DNA from: Podospora anserina
Lineage: Eukaryota
Direction: 5' to 3'
DNA length: 64,000 nucleotides
Assembly (NCBI GenBank): GCA_017654855.1
Contig: JAFMPO010000001.1
Location: 930,001 to 994,000, forward strand
The notes under the pieces are model-generated. The model made no database searches, had not been told where the DNA came from, and worked only from the letters and a program-made list of their open reading frames with translations. A program made the position numbers and the translations under genes. This document shows positions 50,314-63,146 of this stretch, one piece after another (within the stretch, counting starts at the first letter, position 1; every line of letters starts with the position of its first letter).

Positions 50314-53300
50314 GAGTCCGATGTAAGTCACTGGTGTATTGGCCTATGGAATTGGGTGGTTCATGGTACCTGTGGCAGGGCCAAGCCATGTATTTTCAAG
50401 TCTGGCCTCGAATGATTTGTACCCCAATGGAAAGAATCATGGTCTTGCGCCTCAAAGTTTCATTGCTTTCGAAGGGGTATGAGACAGCAGAAGAGCCTCA
50501 GAAGATCCAGGGCAGATGTACGGTACCAACACTGGGCAACTGCGTGTGGCGTGCATCAAGAGGCAGCCAGGCTCATCGAAAAACGTGGGGTGACGAGCGG
50601 AAAGCGGAAAGGAGAAATGAAAGGGGGGACGCCACTCAATCGAACCCCTTCCACACGCATTCTAGAAAAGTTCCAGAAGAATTTTTCACAGGCTACATTA
50701 GTGCAACATGGGACGCTCCAAGCGAAATGTCATTGCGAAGCGATGCGTCTTTGCCCTAGAGCGGATCGGATCAGTTGTAACTAAACATTCGATATTGGTG
50801 GTTGCTTCGATCGGCCAGGAGTCCACCGAGGGCGTTCATGGATGCTTTACGTATCAAGCGGGCTATGAAGACAGAACCATGCGTACGGAGTAAGTGGTTG
50901 GCGCCTGGTGATGATGTTGAGATGAACTGCGGGTTGGCCAACAATTTCGGTGGTGAGGACCCACGCTGTGGACAGAAGAACTAGACACCAGAATATCAAA
51001 GGCTCAACACACCCCTCAACTATCATTTAAAGTCTCTGGACAATCTTTAAATGCTGATTACTTTCTATTCAAAACATTTGAACTATCTTTGAAGTCTCAT
51101 TACCTATTCAAATACCCAGAAACTATCTGTAAACGGTTTTATTATTCCCAGGAGCAGTCTCTAACTTTCTTGTCCACGGCGTGGGACCCTGACGATGTTG
51201 AACTTCTTGTCCCCACTGCCCCACCTACCTTATCTCGCTAGCTTGGAGCTTGGACCAGGGTTGGTTTTGGAGGGGTCAATATTCAAGGTAGATCCAGGTT
51301 CTGTTTGGCCCAAGATGACGAGAAGGTATATAAGTATCCTGGCTTTACACTCAAGAGAGTGTCCTACTGCCATCTGTGTTTCTTCAGGGCCACTTGAATC
51401 AACTGCCTTTCGCGGGGTAGCTGCTCCGAGTCACTGGAACCGATGGCAGGTCGACCGATGAATGAACAGAACCCGAGAAACCTTCCCGAAGCGGTTATAT
51501 AAAAATGTGGGGATTATCACTTGAGACCACGCCCACCCACTTCCCGCCGCGTCCTGGTTCCAACCGGCGATCCATTTGCAGCATCAGAGACCCCAAATCT
51601 CTTTGATGGTTTTCGATTCTCGCCCAGCAAAGGCAGAGCTGCGGCACAGCGCAACGCAAGGGAATATGATCACTGGTGCCGCCCACTGCAGGAGGCACAA
51701 TGCTGAAAGTCAAGCCAAGGTGCCTGCTGCAAGTTGGAGTTGCTTTGGAGGGGATTGGGACACGATGAGACACTGGTTGCAATGTTATCCCAGGTTGTTT
51801 TGTGTCTAGCAAGCACATCGCCCTAAGTAAACAGGCGATTCCATGAGCATCAAACTTTTCCGTCCGTAGTCGCAGTCAAGTCGGACTTTACAAATCCCAC
51901 CGAAAATCAGTTGCCAGTGAGATTTGTAGTGTACATCGCTGAAAACGGCAGCAATTCCTGACTGACTAGTTCGCGGGGTTGGGCCAGGGCCTGGGTTAAT
52001 TTACCAAATGTAGAAAAGAAGCCGGGGGGGGATTGACGGGCCTAGGAGGACGATTCTCTGTCGCTGTGTGAACTGAGGGCGGGCAGATGGATGACTGAAG
52101 AGAAACATTTTGAACATACCATGTGGTAGGACAATCTTGACCTGACGGCCGGAAGAAACTCGAGCGGGCAAAAACCCAGGTTTTGCCAGCTTGTGGGACT
52201 AACTTCAAACACCACGTTGCGGCACGTTGTTGACCTGCAGCCGCAGGAAGGATGGGAGTCTGCCAGAGCCTAACGAGACAGGACCGCTCACACAGTGCGT
52301 GTTGTTGTTGAGATGCACGCCGAAGCTCATCCGCCCTCGGAGATCACGAGGTTGACGGCTCTGGGCAGTCTGATTGAATGCAAGGGAAGAATACATCTTT
52401 ACAGGGCTCAGCGACGTCTTCTAGAAACAACGTTGCAACCCACTTCCTGTGGCCACTTTGCAGGCTGGCATTCTCAACGACCCAGATGGAAAAGCTGGGT
52501 ATATTCTCGTTCCAGCTGTAAGACATGAGGCAACAAGGCTCACTGACTCTCGGGCTCTTTTCAGCCCTATATGCCTAGAGCTGGGGCTTTTGCTAGTACA
52601 TATAGATGTCAGTGACGAGAATGGCCATCCAACCACAGAGGCTTCCCTCCAATACTTGCCGTGTCTACGAGAAAAACTCAACACTAGCTAATCTCTACTG
52701 TACTGCGTCAAATTGTGCAGGGCTAGCCACTGGAAAATCGAGAGTTGTGACTCGCGAATCGGAACTGAGAATAACCGGTTATCGACATGGTGTGCAACCA
52801 TTCCTGGCTTTTTCAAACCTTTTGTGGGATGATGGTGAGGGGGAGACATCATAAGTTGGCTCTTTGATTTCATATTTTGCCGTCAAGGAAGTTGCTTGCT
52901 AGAGGGCCAGGGGCGCTTATTCCTACCGCCGGTGTGGGACCGCAAATGGCGTCAACGTTCTCTACTTGTGTGATGCTAGTCTAAACTTCAGGGGCATTAT
53001 TGCAAACAGAATCCATACTCACGATAGGAGATCTGCAATTGCTGGGAGTATTAGGTCAGACAGCTTTTCTTCATACAATGTGAAGAGATCAAGACGAACT
53101 ATATCATAGCGCTTGTCATCACAGTGTGTGAGGGCGGCCGATACTGGACGCAACAAGGCATGACCAATCTGAACCGTTCGCCCAAAAAGGACAAGGCGAG
53201 TTAACCGGGGTGGTCTTGGACTGTTCTGACCCTTGCACGGCACCATCGCTCAAGCACTCACTTCGCCAATCAGAAGACGCGAACGCCTCCAGCCCACCCT

Positions 53301-53951
53301 ATCAAGTCGCCCCCAGGGGAAGGCACACGGACCCTTCCTTTTTCTTTGCTTCTCAGAGCGGTCCTTTGGTCCAGGCGCTGTTGCTTTTTCTTTTGTGCCC
53401 GCTCCATTGCCCGCCGTGCCTCTGCCTCTCTTCTTTTTACCTGGTTCCGAAACCTGCTGAGGTTGCTTGTCCTTTATGATCTTGATTCAGCTGCCCAAAA
53501 TCTTAAAGATCACCTCAATACGCGTTGAAAACCTCGTCGTCCGACAAAACAAACCGCCCGGCCACGCGCAGCGCAAAGCAGCTTGAGCCAACCGCTAACA
53601 CCAGCACCAGCCAGTAGCAACCCCAGGCCCCCATTGCCGATCCCCACTCCAGGGGCGCTCCCATTAATTCGCCTGGCACAACAGCAACTGTTTTCTCCAG
53701 CAGTGCTACATCTTTCAATCCAGTCCACCTCCTGGGATCCCCTTTCCAGCGCAAACCGCGAATATCCCACGACGGTCTGCTCGACTCCGTAGCCCGAGAA
53801 AGCAGCGCCCCGTAATTTCGACCCATTCTCTTGAGAGCTTCCGCCCTGGCATCTTTTTGAAAGCTCAATCCCCGACGCCCGTACCGCGTGATCCAGACCT
53901 CCTGTTATCGGTGTCGCTCCATCTTCTCTCCAGCACCCTCAGTCCACAGCA

Positions 53952-54833
53952 ATGGCTTCCAAGGTTGGTTCTTTCAATTCTGTTGAGATGGCGAGCAGCG
54001 CGCTTCAACTGCGATGATCTTGTTTGGGTTGATAAATTGGTTGCTGACGTCGCGCTTTTGGTTGCTTAGTTTACTCGAGAGTACAAGCTCGTCGTGGTCG
54101 GCGGCGGCGGTGTCGGCAAGTCCTGCCTCACAATCCAGCTTATTCAATCGCACTTCGTCGACGAATATGATCCAACTATTGAGGGTGCGCATACTCATTT
54201 CATTTTTCCGCATCCAGTTGATGACCGCGACCAGGTCGACTAACTGCGGCGTTGCAGATTCGTATCGCAAGCAGTGCATCGTTGATGATGAAGTCGCGCT
54301 GCTCGATGTCCTCGATACCGCCGGCCAGGAGGAGTACTCTGCGATGAGAGAGCAGTACATGCGTACCGGCGAAGGGTTCCTGCTCGTGTATTCCATCACA
54401 TCCCGCGAAAGCTTCGAAGAGATAAGAACCTTCCAGCAGCAGATCCTTCGCGTAAAGGACAAGGACATCTTTCCCATGGTTGTGGTAGGAAACAAGGTCG
54501 ATTTGGCTAGTGAGCGCAAGGTGCCGCAAGAGGGTATGTTTGCAAGATTCATGTGTGGTGTTTGGATACATGTATTGACTTGCTTTCACAGAGGGCGAGG
54601 CTCTTGCTCGCGAGTTCCGTTGCAAGTTCCTCGAGACTTCAGCAAAGACCAACACAAACGTCGAGCAAGCTTTCTACGAGGTTGTTCGCGCCATCAGACG
54701 GTACAACCGTGAGATGCAAGGAGGCACAGCTTCGGGCAGCGGCCTCTCCCACAACAGCCAAGGCATGGGCAAGATTGATGTCGGTGAGGATGACGCCCAG
54801 GCGGGCTGCTGCGCCAAGTGCATCCTCATGTAA
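53952..54833 (+). CDS. ras1: Ras small GTPase (Ras1/RasA); 4 exons
   Basis: [17 protein letters not shown] effector loop, [18 protein letters not shown]-terminal CCAKCILM (palmitoylation Cys plus CaaX). Confidence 0.97.
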
Positions 54834-56093
54834 ATGGGACGCCGCAGAAGACGGACACACTGCCGGTCTCTGGGGAGACCTTATATAACGGCTAATAATG
54901 CATCGGGGAATGGAGTTGGTGGGGCTTAAGGCAGATGCCATGGCCTTTCGGGACGGAATCTACACATTGGTGGACGGGTATCCAAGTCATAATGACTTTG
55001 ATGATGCCCATTTTCGGCCATCCAGAGATGACATGCTTGATGTTGCTGATGCTGAAGGGGTGGGCGCAAAATCTCTTTTCGAACCCACATTGCGGTCTTC
55101 TTGTTGTTTTTGTTTTGGGAGTTATTTGAACTAAACCTGGCGATCCTATTTGGGTTTTTATGCTCTCAGACACTTTTGTAATCCTTTCTTCTATCTTTCT
55201 TACATCTCATTTTTCATGCCAGCGGCGGTCAGTGGTCAAAATGGGTTATCTGTTTACCTTAGCGTGCAGGTAGTTTATGGTGAGAGAATGTGATGATGTT
55301 GTGTTGTTGCTACCGGATTACGCGCCCTTCAAGGCCCCAAGGCTGCACGTATCCATCGATCAACAGTGATCATTGTCGGCGCGAGGCGAGTTCGGTTCAG
55401 CTCCGGCCCTCCCTGCAACACAGTCTGGGATTCTGATTGGTATTGTTTCCTTCGAGAGACCAAACCAGCTTGGCCTACCTTGAGCCTGAGTTGCTTCAGT
55501 CCTGGCATTACCGGCATGTTGGTCCTCTCGCGATAGCTGGCAAGAAGATGGAGGGGAACTCTGTCTGTTACACCGCATGAGGCCGTGATACGGTTCCTAG
55601 TGATCCATCTATCCTCGCGTGCGCCTTCTCCTCTCAATAGCTCGCACAAGATTATAGCTAGGAGTCGGATAGAGAACAAGATAAGGCGGAGGGGATAAGC
55701 CCACGCCGCATCTCCCTCTCACGCACAGGTCTAAACTTACCAACCAATAATTGCATGGTACCGAACCACCATCGGCTTCCTTTTGGAGCTCCTTGGCTAG
55801 GGTAACTGCGATGCATATCTGACCGGCATATGCCGAGCTGAGATCTGATATAAGAGCACCCAACACCAACCGTGCCTCTCTGCATTCCCAAATCCGGTGC
55901 CCACATGTGCCGAAGGACCGACTGAGCGTAGCTTTTGCCATCATTTATCACCCACAAAAGTTCTCTCGGAGCTGCTCATAAATGACAAGACATTAGCGGT
56001 TCTGGGTTAGGGTTATCCTCCCCAAGCAACCCTGAACCCCGTCGTCACCTCGCAAACACCTCTTCATTGCCCGATGTTTTTCTGAGGGCTACC

Positions 56094-56705
56094 ATGGCCG
56101 TCGCAAAGCCAACAAACGCCCGGGTCTCCCAGGCAACCGACATCCTCCTCTCCCCGACCAAACCCACACTCGGACGCTACCGCGCCTACATCCATGCGCG
56201 CAACCGTTTCTTCTCCGCCTTTCACCCCAAAGGCCGGTTCTTGAGGATCCCCACCCCCTCGGACAACCTCCTCTGCGGGCTGTACGCCATTGTCATTTCG
56301 TTTCAGCACCAGCACCCGGGTCTGACACCGGCCCCTACCTTGGAGCACTTGCTGTCTGTCTGTCGGGGTTGCGGTTTTGACAACGAGGGGAATCTCTCCG
56401 GGGATCAGCTCTCGCTTGTTTTTTCTGCCTGGGGGGACAAGACAGTTTTTGATGACGGGGGGGAGCCGAACAGGAGGAGGTGTCAGCTGGGGTATTTGAG
56501 TCGGTACAATGGGCCTGGGTGGGAGGACGAAGCAGAAAAGGGAGAGGATGTTCCAGTCATGATGGGGACTAGGGAGGTGGATACGGAAGAGGAAAAGGGG
56601 GATATCCTGAGGCTGTGGGTTTGGAATGATGGCGGCTGGGCTGGGGGTGGGATGGGGCATTGGGAGGGGATCAGGAAGGTAGGTGAGGAAGGGGATGATG
56701 TGTAG
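56094..56705 (+). CDS. Orphan ~203-aa protein, putative OTU/papain-like cysteine hydrolase
   Basis: ACCATGG context; intronless; C-rich 5' half and G-rich 3' half like real genes in this window; motifs IPTPSDNLLCGLYAI and WVWNDG..GHWEGI. Confidence 0.65.
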   Translation: MAVAKPTNARVSQATDILLSPTKPTLGRYRAYIHARNRFFSAFHPKGRFLRIPTPSDNLLCGLYAIVISFQHQHPGLTPAPTLEHLLSVCRGCGFDNEGNLSGDQLSLVFSAWGDKTVFDDGGEPNRRRCQLGYLSRYNGPGWEDEAEKGEDVPVMMGTREVDTEEEKGDILRLWVWNDGGWAGGGMGHWEGIRKVGEEGDDV

Positions 56706-57299
56706 GTGTTTGGCATCTCGGTGCTCGCAAAGATATTCAGATGGGGATCACAATGAAGTTTTAGGGGATCTTTTGCACGTAGGTATGGTCTTCTCGTCCA
56801 CTTCTGATGCGCAACAAGGTAAACAAACTCAACCACTGCAAAGACAGGTTATTTTGGTTTATGCTCTCGACGTCAGCTGGCAGATATGGACTGGGTATCA
56901 GGGTAACGATTCGGTAATTCTACCTAGAAGCTCTATCTTGGTTTTATTGATATTCCACCAAAGTCCGCTGAATTGAGTGATAGTTGCCGCTGTTGCATAT
57001 CGAATGTTTTTCATTCGCTCATAACTTGGGTTTACTGAACCGTTTAGGTCAATAGAGGAACCGCCCTATCAAGAAGGCCCTTCTTGTGGTTGCAGAGGTA
57101 CTTGTGACCCTCCTTGAGCTTGCACTTGGCTTCGAATGTGGTTCAAAACCAAGCCTGGAGACTGGCTCTTTTGTTGGAGTCGTCGCTCCCATAATAGTGG
57201 CTGGGCATGCTGCTGGTGGTGGCCAAAGCCTGTTGCGTGGTTTTGAGGCTGCTCTTGCTGCCAAACAAGACCTTGTACGCGATCTTAAAGCTGGTTTTG

Positions 57300-57932
57300 T
57301 TACAGGGGGGAGATTTGGGGTTGGCTTTGCTCCTGGTGTTGTGTATCTCCCGCATCCTGCCTTACGGGCTGTGGTGTCGGTGCCGTGCTATTCGTGTCCG
57401 TTTCGAACATTGTGAGAATAGTATCAGGATCTGACAAGTCTGACAACAGTTGCATACAAAACGAGATCCAGTCAGAAGCTTTGTTTGAACCTCCACTGTT
57501 GTTTTTAAGCAGAGGAATTGCCGCTCTCTCGATGAGCGCTTCAAAGTTCCAGCGATATCGAAGCGTACCTAACCGCTTCCATTGCTCTTTTGGGCAAATT
57601 CTTTTGGTCTTGTTGGACAGCTCAGCCGAATTTAAAAGTGTCCGCTCTACACCATCATTAGTGAGCTCGTATAGATAGGCTTCGTATGGCTGTGTCGCCG
57701 ACGTGCTGCGCTGTTCAGACTGCTGAATCTGAGATGCTGAGGTTAGAGCTGGAGCCGTGGGAGGATTGAATTCATATAACAGAAAGCAGGGGTGTTGAAA
57801 TGGTTCTGCTAAGGTGATGTAGAAGAGACTCTTGGGTTTGCTGGAGATGTCTAAGAGATCATCTACCTCCTCCTCTCGGGGCCCTGTGAGCCTGAGGACT
57901 TCGTCCCCTTGGTTCACCGCGGCACTGCCCAT
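57300..57932 (-). CDS. Orphan 210-aa hypothetical protein
   Basis: ATG-initiated ORF with globular-looking core (LFYITL..QHPCFLLYE..YLYEL..LGTL..FEALI..KASDWISFCMQLL). Confidence 0.5.
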   Translation of the reverse strand: MGSAAVNQGDEVLRLTGPREEEVDDLLDISSKPKSLFYITLAEPFQHPCFLLYEFNPPTAPALTSASQIQQSEQRSTSATQPYEAYLYELTNDGVERTLLNSAELSNKTKRICPKEQWKRLGTLRYRWNFEALIERAAIPLLKNNSGGSNKASDWISFCMQLLSDLSDPDTILTMFETDTNSTAPTPQPVRQDAGDTQHQEQSQPQISPL

Positions 57933-58532
57933 TCATTGCCTCGACTCCCTCGGAGGATGCTTTTTGGTTGTGGGTGGAATAGTTGACGGTGGCCTTGGGA
58001 GTTGTTCCGCTGACGCGGCGTCAGGCTGGAGTTTGGGGTGGGCCGTGGGCGTTGTTGAGTGAGCGGAAGTCTTTTTGGCTGGGTTTTGACGTTTCTTCGC
58101 GGTTGTGGGGAATTGAGCTCGGCTCCGTATGAATGGTAGGTTCAAATGAAAATCTATGAATGCAGTTTTATTGCGTAAAGGCCATGGGGTAATCAAGTGG
58201 GCTGGAGACTGCTTGAGCTGTAGCCACAAAGGTGCTTCGTGACAAGTTCAGCTGTCATCTTTGGTGGAAGTGAGGCGCGAAGAAGGGTTTGGAACCAGAT
58301 TGCGCCCCCGTCGTCATCCCAAAAATTATCTGGTCAGCGGTCTTTCCATGTTTCCTGTTGGCTCCTCCCATTTCACTCCTTTCCAATCTTCGTTCCTGCC
58401 ATGCCCATATGACCTACTTCCAACTCGCCGCGTGTCTGTCGCTGCCTCCCCTTTCCTTCTATCCCCAATCCTGCCTTCCATGACATCAAACACCTCATCC
58501 CAGTATTTTCTCTGCTCATGCTATGCACAAAG

Positions 58533-60968
58533 TTAGTTGGTTTGCAACTTGGTATCAGTGAGAGTTGTATTCACCTTCTGGACCTGTCTCCTCATCCATC
58601 GTCCCAAACTTTCACACAGCCTATCAAGAATCCACTCTGCTTCAGTAACGTCGGCGAGCAGAGGGCTATCTTCACCAATCCAATCCCATTCTGTTTGTTC
58701 ATCCCTCTCCACCGACTCATCGCTTTCTAAAGAAGACAAGGCGGTGAATCGTATCAGCTTCGTGAATCTTTCCCACTCGCCATATGAGTACACCTTTGGC
58801 GGATGGGATCTCAGGTCGTGGGCAACAGCCTTGATGGCAGCGGATAGCTCTTTGGCAAGCTCATTGTCATCATACTTCTCCTTTTCCAGCACCCGACTCC
58901 CGTCTTGCTGCTGACCAAGAGAACGCTCGGGGTCTATGTCGCTGAAATGCCGCTCGTCACGGATAGGTCTCTCTGGACGCTTGCCTTTTTCTGTGTCGAC
59001 CTGTTTCCTGTTTAATAACTTGGCCAGGGTAGAGTGACGAGTGAGAAAACTTTTGAGGATTCCCTTCTTGGGCATGATGGTCCAATCTGCCAGAGTAAAG
59101 GTACCCCTGTTGATAGCCATGACAACGGTTTGACTCATTTGCTGAACCAGGACTGTGACAATGGGAACCGCGGTGATGGACCAGACAATAAAGAACGGCT
59201 TGCCAATGTTGGACTTGGGGGCGAGATCACCATACCTGCTCAATAATTAGCTTGGGAAACAAGTCACAATGAAGATTGGCCAGGATATTTACCCGATCGT
59301 CAAGATTGCCACAAAGCAAAAGTAAAGGCTGTCAAAGTATCTCCATTGGGATATCCGTGTTTCAGTCACCATGAAAACCAGAGCCCCAATTGTCCAAAAG
59401 GAGAAAAATACCAACAGTGCCATCCCAAGCGCCCATGATCTGTGTCCAAGGTCAGTAGTCAGTCTGTCACGACAAAGCAAAAGGGGCCTACTGTTTCCAG
59501 TGTTTTGTCTCCTCCTGTATCTGCCTCATGACATCAAACCTGTCCTTTTCCTCCTCCAACAACAGTAGTTTCTGCCGCCGCTTCTTTCGTCTGTCGCGAA
59601 GAGCTTCTTCTCCGCTGCCAACCGCATTTTGGGCCTTGCCCTCGTCAAATGTAACTGCTCTTCCCACAATCTCCAGGCGCCCGAGCTGCATTATGGATGC
59701 CCGGCGGGCATATTCTGAGGCGCTCTCTGCCAGGCCTCCTTCGGCAGCTGCTGAATCCGGCCTCACGGGCGGCAGGCCTAATCGCTCTCTCAGTTCCTTT
59801 TCACTGGTCACTGTTCTCCCGACAGTCGACTCGCGTTTGTGTTGCCGATGACGTTTGATGATCTTGTCCGCGCTGATGTTGGCTGCGAAGCGCGTCAGGC
59901 TGCCAATGACAAGACCCAAGAAGATGACACCGATAATCTGGAATGCAAACAGAAATCCCCTTCCCGAATCGGTTTTGGGTGCGAAGTCTCCGAACCCCAC
60001 AGTGAGGATCGTCTGATCTTCGTCATCAGCAAGGTTCTGACTACGTGCACCAGGGGACCAGCTGACTTACCACTTGAGAGAAATATAGGGAATCAGCATA
60101 AGTAAAGCCTTCCAACGCGCAAAACACTCCTGCACCTCCTGCCAACCAGAAGAAAAAGCTCATGGTCTGGAGAATCAGTGTCCTTTGGTCGTCATCTAGC
60201 TCAAATTTTTGTGGATAGTGTCCCTTGAAGTAGCCAACCATGTTAACCATCAGCATGGCACAGCTGAGGACGTACATGAGCGATGCCAGGACGGAGTGCC
60301 AGAAGCCCTGAGAATATGCTTCACCAGGCGCCACAGGTGGTGCATAGATTGCCATGGCAATTTCCACGACTATCAGCTGTGTGCAAAATGGACATGTCAG
60401 AATATCGTGACATAGAATGGGTGTGTAAGTACCTACGATGAGAGCCGACAAGAGCCAGAATACAATTGATAAAGGCAAGGCCACTATGTATCGTACTCGA
60501 CGTGTGAAGTTTAACAGCAGAAACAAGTGGCCGAGGAGGCCAAAGATGATGGAGAAGATGTTGGGGATGATTTCCCTGTGGATGTGGTGAGCGGGAATAA
60601 TTTCTTTTGGAAGGGGGTATAATCTCACCAATTTGGATCAGGTATACCCCAAGCGGCATCATCGGAGCCATGGTTGTCGCTGAATGGCAAGCCATTGTCA
60701 GGCAATGTGAATCTCCATGGACTCACCAAGGACACGATGGACAAGACGTTGGAGAACGGCCCAATGGTTGCAGCGATGAGTGGAATGGCCGTCGAAGCAA
60801 ACCACCACTTTCTGCCACCGAAAGGTCAGCTATGTGCACCAGAAACATAAACACAATATAGAAAACATACTGTGGCAAGTTATCACTTTGTCCTCGAAGC
60901 TTTATCCGACCTCCTGCAGCGGTTCGGATTGCGGCAACCGGAGCCGGAGCTGATGGTTTGTTGGGCAT
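58533..60968 (-). CDS. tok1: TOK-family two-pore outward-rectifier K+ channel; about 7 exons
   Basis: WWFASTAIPLIAATIGPFSNVLSI, YSQGFW, QRTLILQTM, pore loops TILTVGFGD and ILTIGYGD after splicing; 3' end slightly uncertain. Confidence 0.9.
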
Positions 60969-63146
60969 ATCTGCTCGTCATATAACAGCTTCGTGTTTAT
61001 CTCCCACAGGGCTTGTTGTTGACGATAAACCTTGCATATAAACATTGATTTGGAGCGCCAACGTTCGACGATGTCCTTGCGGAAAAGAATGGAAGGGGAA
61101 CAGGGCAAGCCACCGATCACTTTCTCTCCAGTCGAGCGAGATCGCTGTGGGACTCCATTGTGGTCTGTATACTTGAGGTTGACAGCACCATGAGAAACCT
61201 ATCAGCAGGCTCATGGGTGATTCGGAAGGGTATCACAGTTGCGATGTAGGTACCGATGGTACACGGGGGAGCGAGTTCTCCTTGCACAAAGACAGAACTT
61301 TGTCGGAGTCTGACCAAGTCCCTGACATGAAGCAGCTTGGCTCCATGCCTCTCGCCCACAGGATACCGACTCACTAAGTACAAGTGTTTGACATTTGTCC
61401 ATCCACCACTTCGGATGACTCAATAGTCGTGATCTTGTCATATGTGTGCGTTACTATACATTGTCGGGCAGGCTGGCGTTTGTGGCTTCCTATTCCATCC
61501 GATTGGACTTCCGGAGTGGAAAGTATGATGTATATTTGGTGTTGCAGAGAGCCTTGTGCTCATGGCCTCATGAGGTTTCCCGTTCCTGCCTCCATTCGTA
61601 GTATCATGATTCTCCCACAATCCCAATCTGGAGGTCCGCCGCCACTTCCCTTTGGGGCCGTGGGTTGAGACAACAGGCCCAATCATCCACTGGATGTAGC
61701 GGTATTTAGGGTAGTTACTGCCCCATAAGTTGGTCCTAAATCAGAGGCTGATTCTGGCTGTCTCATCAAACTATGGTGATTTCGACTTTGATAATCTTCC
61801 CAGAATTCTTTCTTGCATTAGCCATTGCAAATTCCCACTCTTTCATGAGGAGAGTCTACAACAAACTGGATAAGACTTCACATCTTTTTTATGTCATTCA
61901 CATGGGGGATACCTACCGAGCTTGGATTACAGGACCAGTTTTCTCACGTTCGTGATGACATTACCAAGATAACTGTAGCTTTAAAAACTGGGAGATATGA
62001 ACTTTTCCAGATAAGAGTAAAATCCAGATATTTCGCCAAGTTTTAACACCCCAAATATATTCATGAGACTGCCGGTGTTGCTCTCCCTCATCTGGTGTCA
62101 GTTTGATATGGTTTGTGATGATTCCGAGCAAGCACGACGCACTGACGTTCTACCTCAACCTCAACAGTGCACGGACAATTTACAGTGACGTGAATTTGCA
62201 GGCGTGCACGGACCCCGCAAACCAGCCTATATATTTCACAGTCCCGGCCCCACATTTACTGGTTTCCTTTTTTCTTCTTCATACTTACCTTGGCCAACCT
62301 CCGGGAGATCACGAATTCCTAGGGGTAGGGTGACTAACCTTCATTGCACATCGAGGAGTTTGGTTGTCTTTAATTGCCCTTCGGGGTCGTTATGGCCGCA
62401 ATTTTTGATGTTTACCTCTCTTTTTCATTATGTACCCGACTCTGTTGGGCCATGAGGAAGAAGCCTCTTTTTTTTTGTGGTGATGTAAATCAAGGTAATC
62501 CGTAGCCCCGAAGATGATTGTGTCGGTTCACAACTGAGTTGGACTGACGAACGATATGGTCGCAGAAACTATTTCAAGCCGAATATTTCCAGCGGCCCCG
62601 CCTTGGTGCAGGCCGATCACCAAAGCGCAAATCACGTCCTTCTGGGCGGTCCGTGACTCCGTCTCACCAAGGCATCTTTGGCTTCCGGCTTTGACCACTC
62701 TCGACGAGATCACCGAGGCATTGCACTTGCCAAAAAGTCCAGACGTCTGTCTAACTTGAAGAAATTTGTTTGTTCAACATGCTAAGGCCCGGCTTGGAGA
62801 CCGCCGGGGAATTCGCAGTTTCAGATTGTCATCGCACCAGGGCACCGGCACACAGGTCTTTGCTTGAAGAAGGATCCGATCTGGCCTGACCTCGCTGACG
62901 GGCAGAGCTGTTCTGACATTTGCTATCCGAATAGGGCCCTCCCTTACATTCCTCAGAGCGGCGCGGCATGGAACGTGTCAAACCGCGCCTCGTCTCACCC
63001 AGTACCAACGCTCAAAACCACAGCGGTCCTCTTGCTCGACCAGTCGGCTGTGCCTCAATACGAACCGTAGATCTGCACATTTCTTCTCCCGTTGTCAACT
63101 CCAAATCAACAACCAGAAGAAGTATCATGATCATTGTGGACAATCA

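Noticed and set aside
51010..51170. AT-rich patch (another at about 61960-62070) as a RIP-degraded transposon relic
   Set aside because: Short, with no strong TpA excess, terminal repeats or coding remnants visible
56004..56015. GGGTTAGGGTTA telomere-like motif (also CCCTAACCCT at 41421)
   Set aside because: Two copies or fewer; the second is an intron branch site
57933..58229. In-frame ORF ending in TGA directly before the ATG at 57932 (possible readthrough or A-to-I stop correction)
   Set aside because: No in-frame ATG in the upstream ORF, the stop is TGA rather than the UAG typically edited, and the sequence looks like 5' UTR
62556..63070. Short plus-strand ORFs as a possible pseudogene fragment
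   Set aside because: No recognisable homology; probably promoter or leader of the 63147 gene
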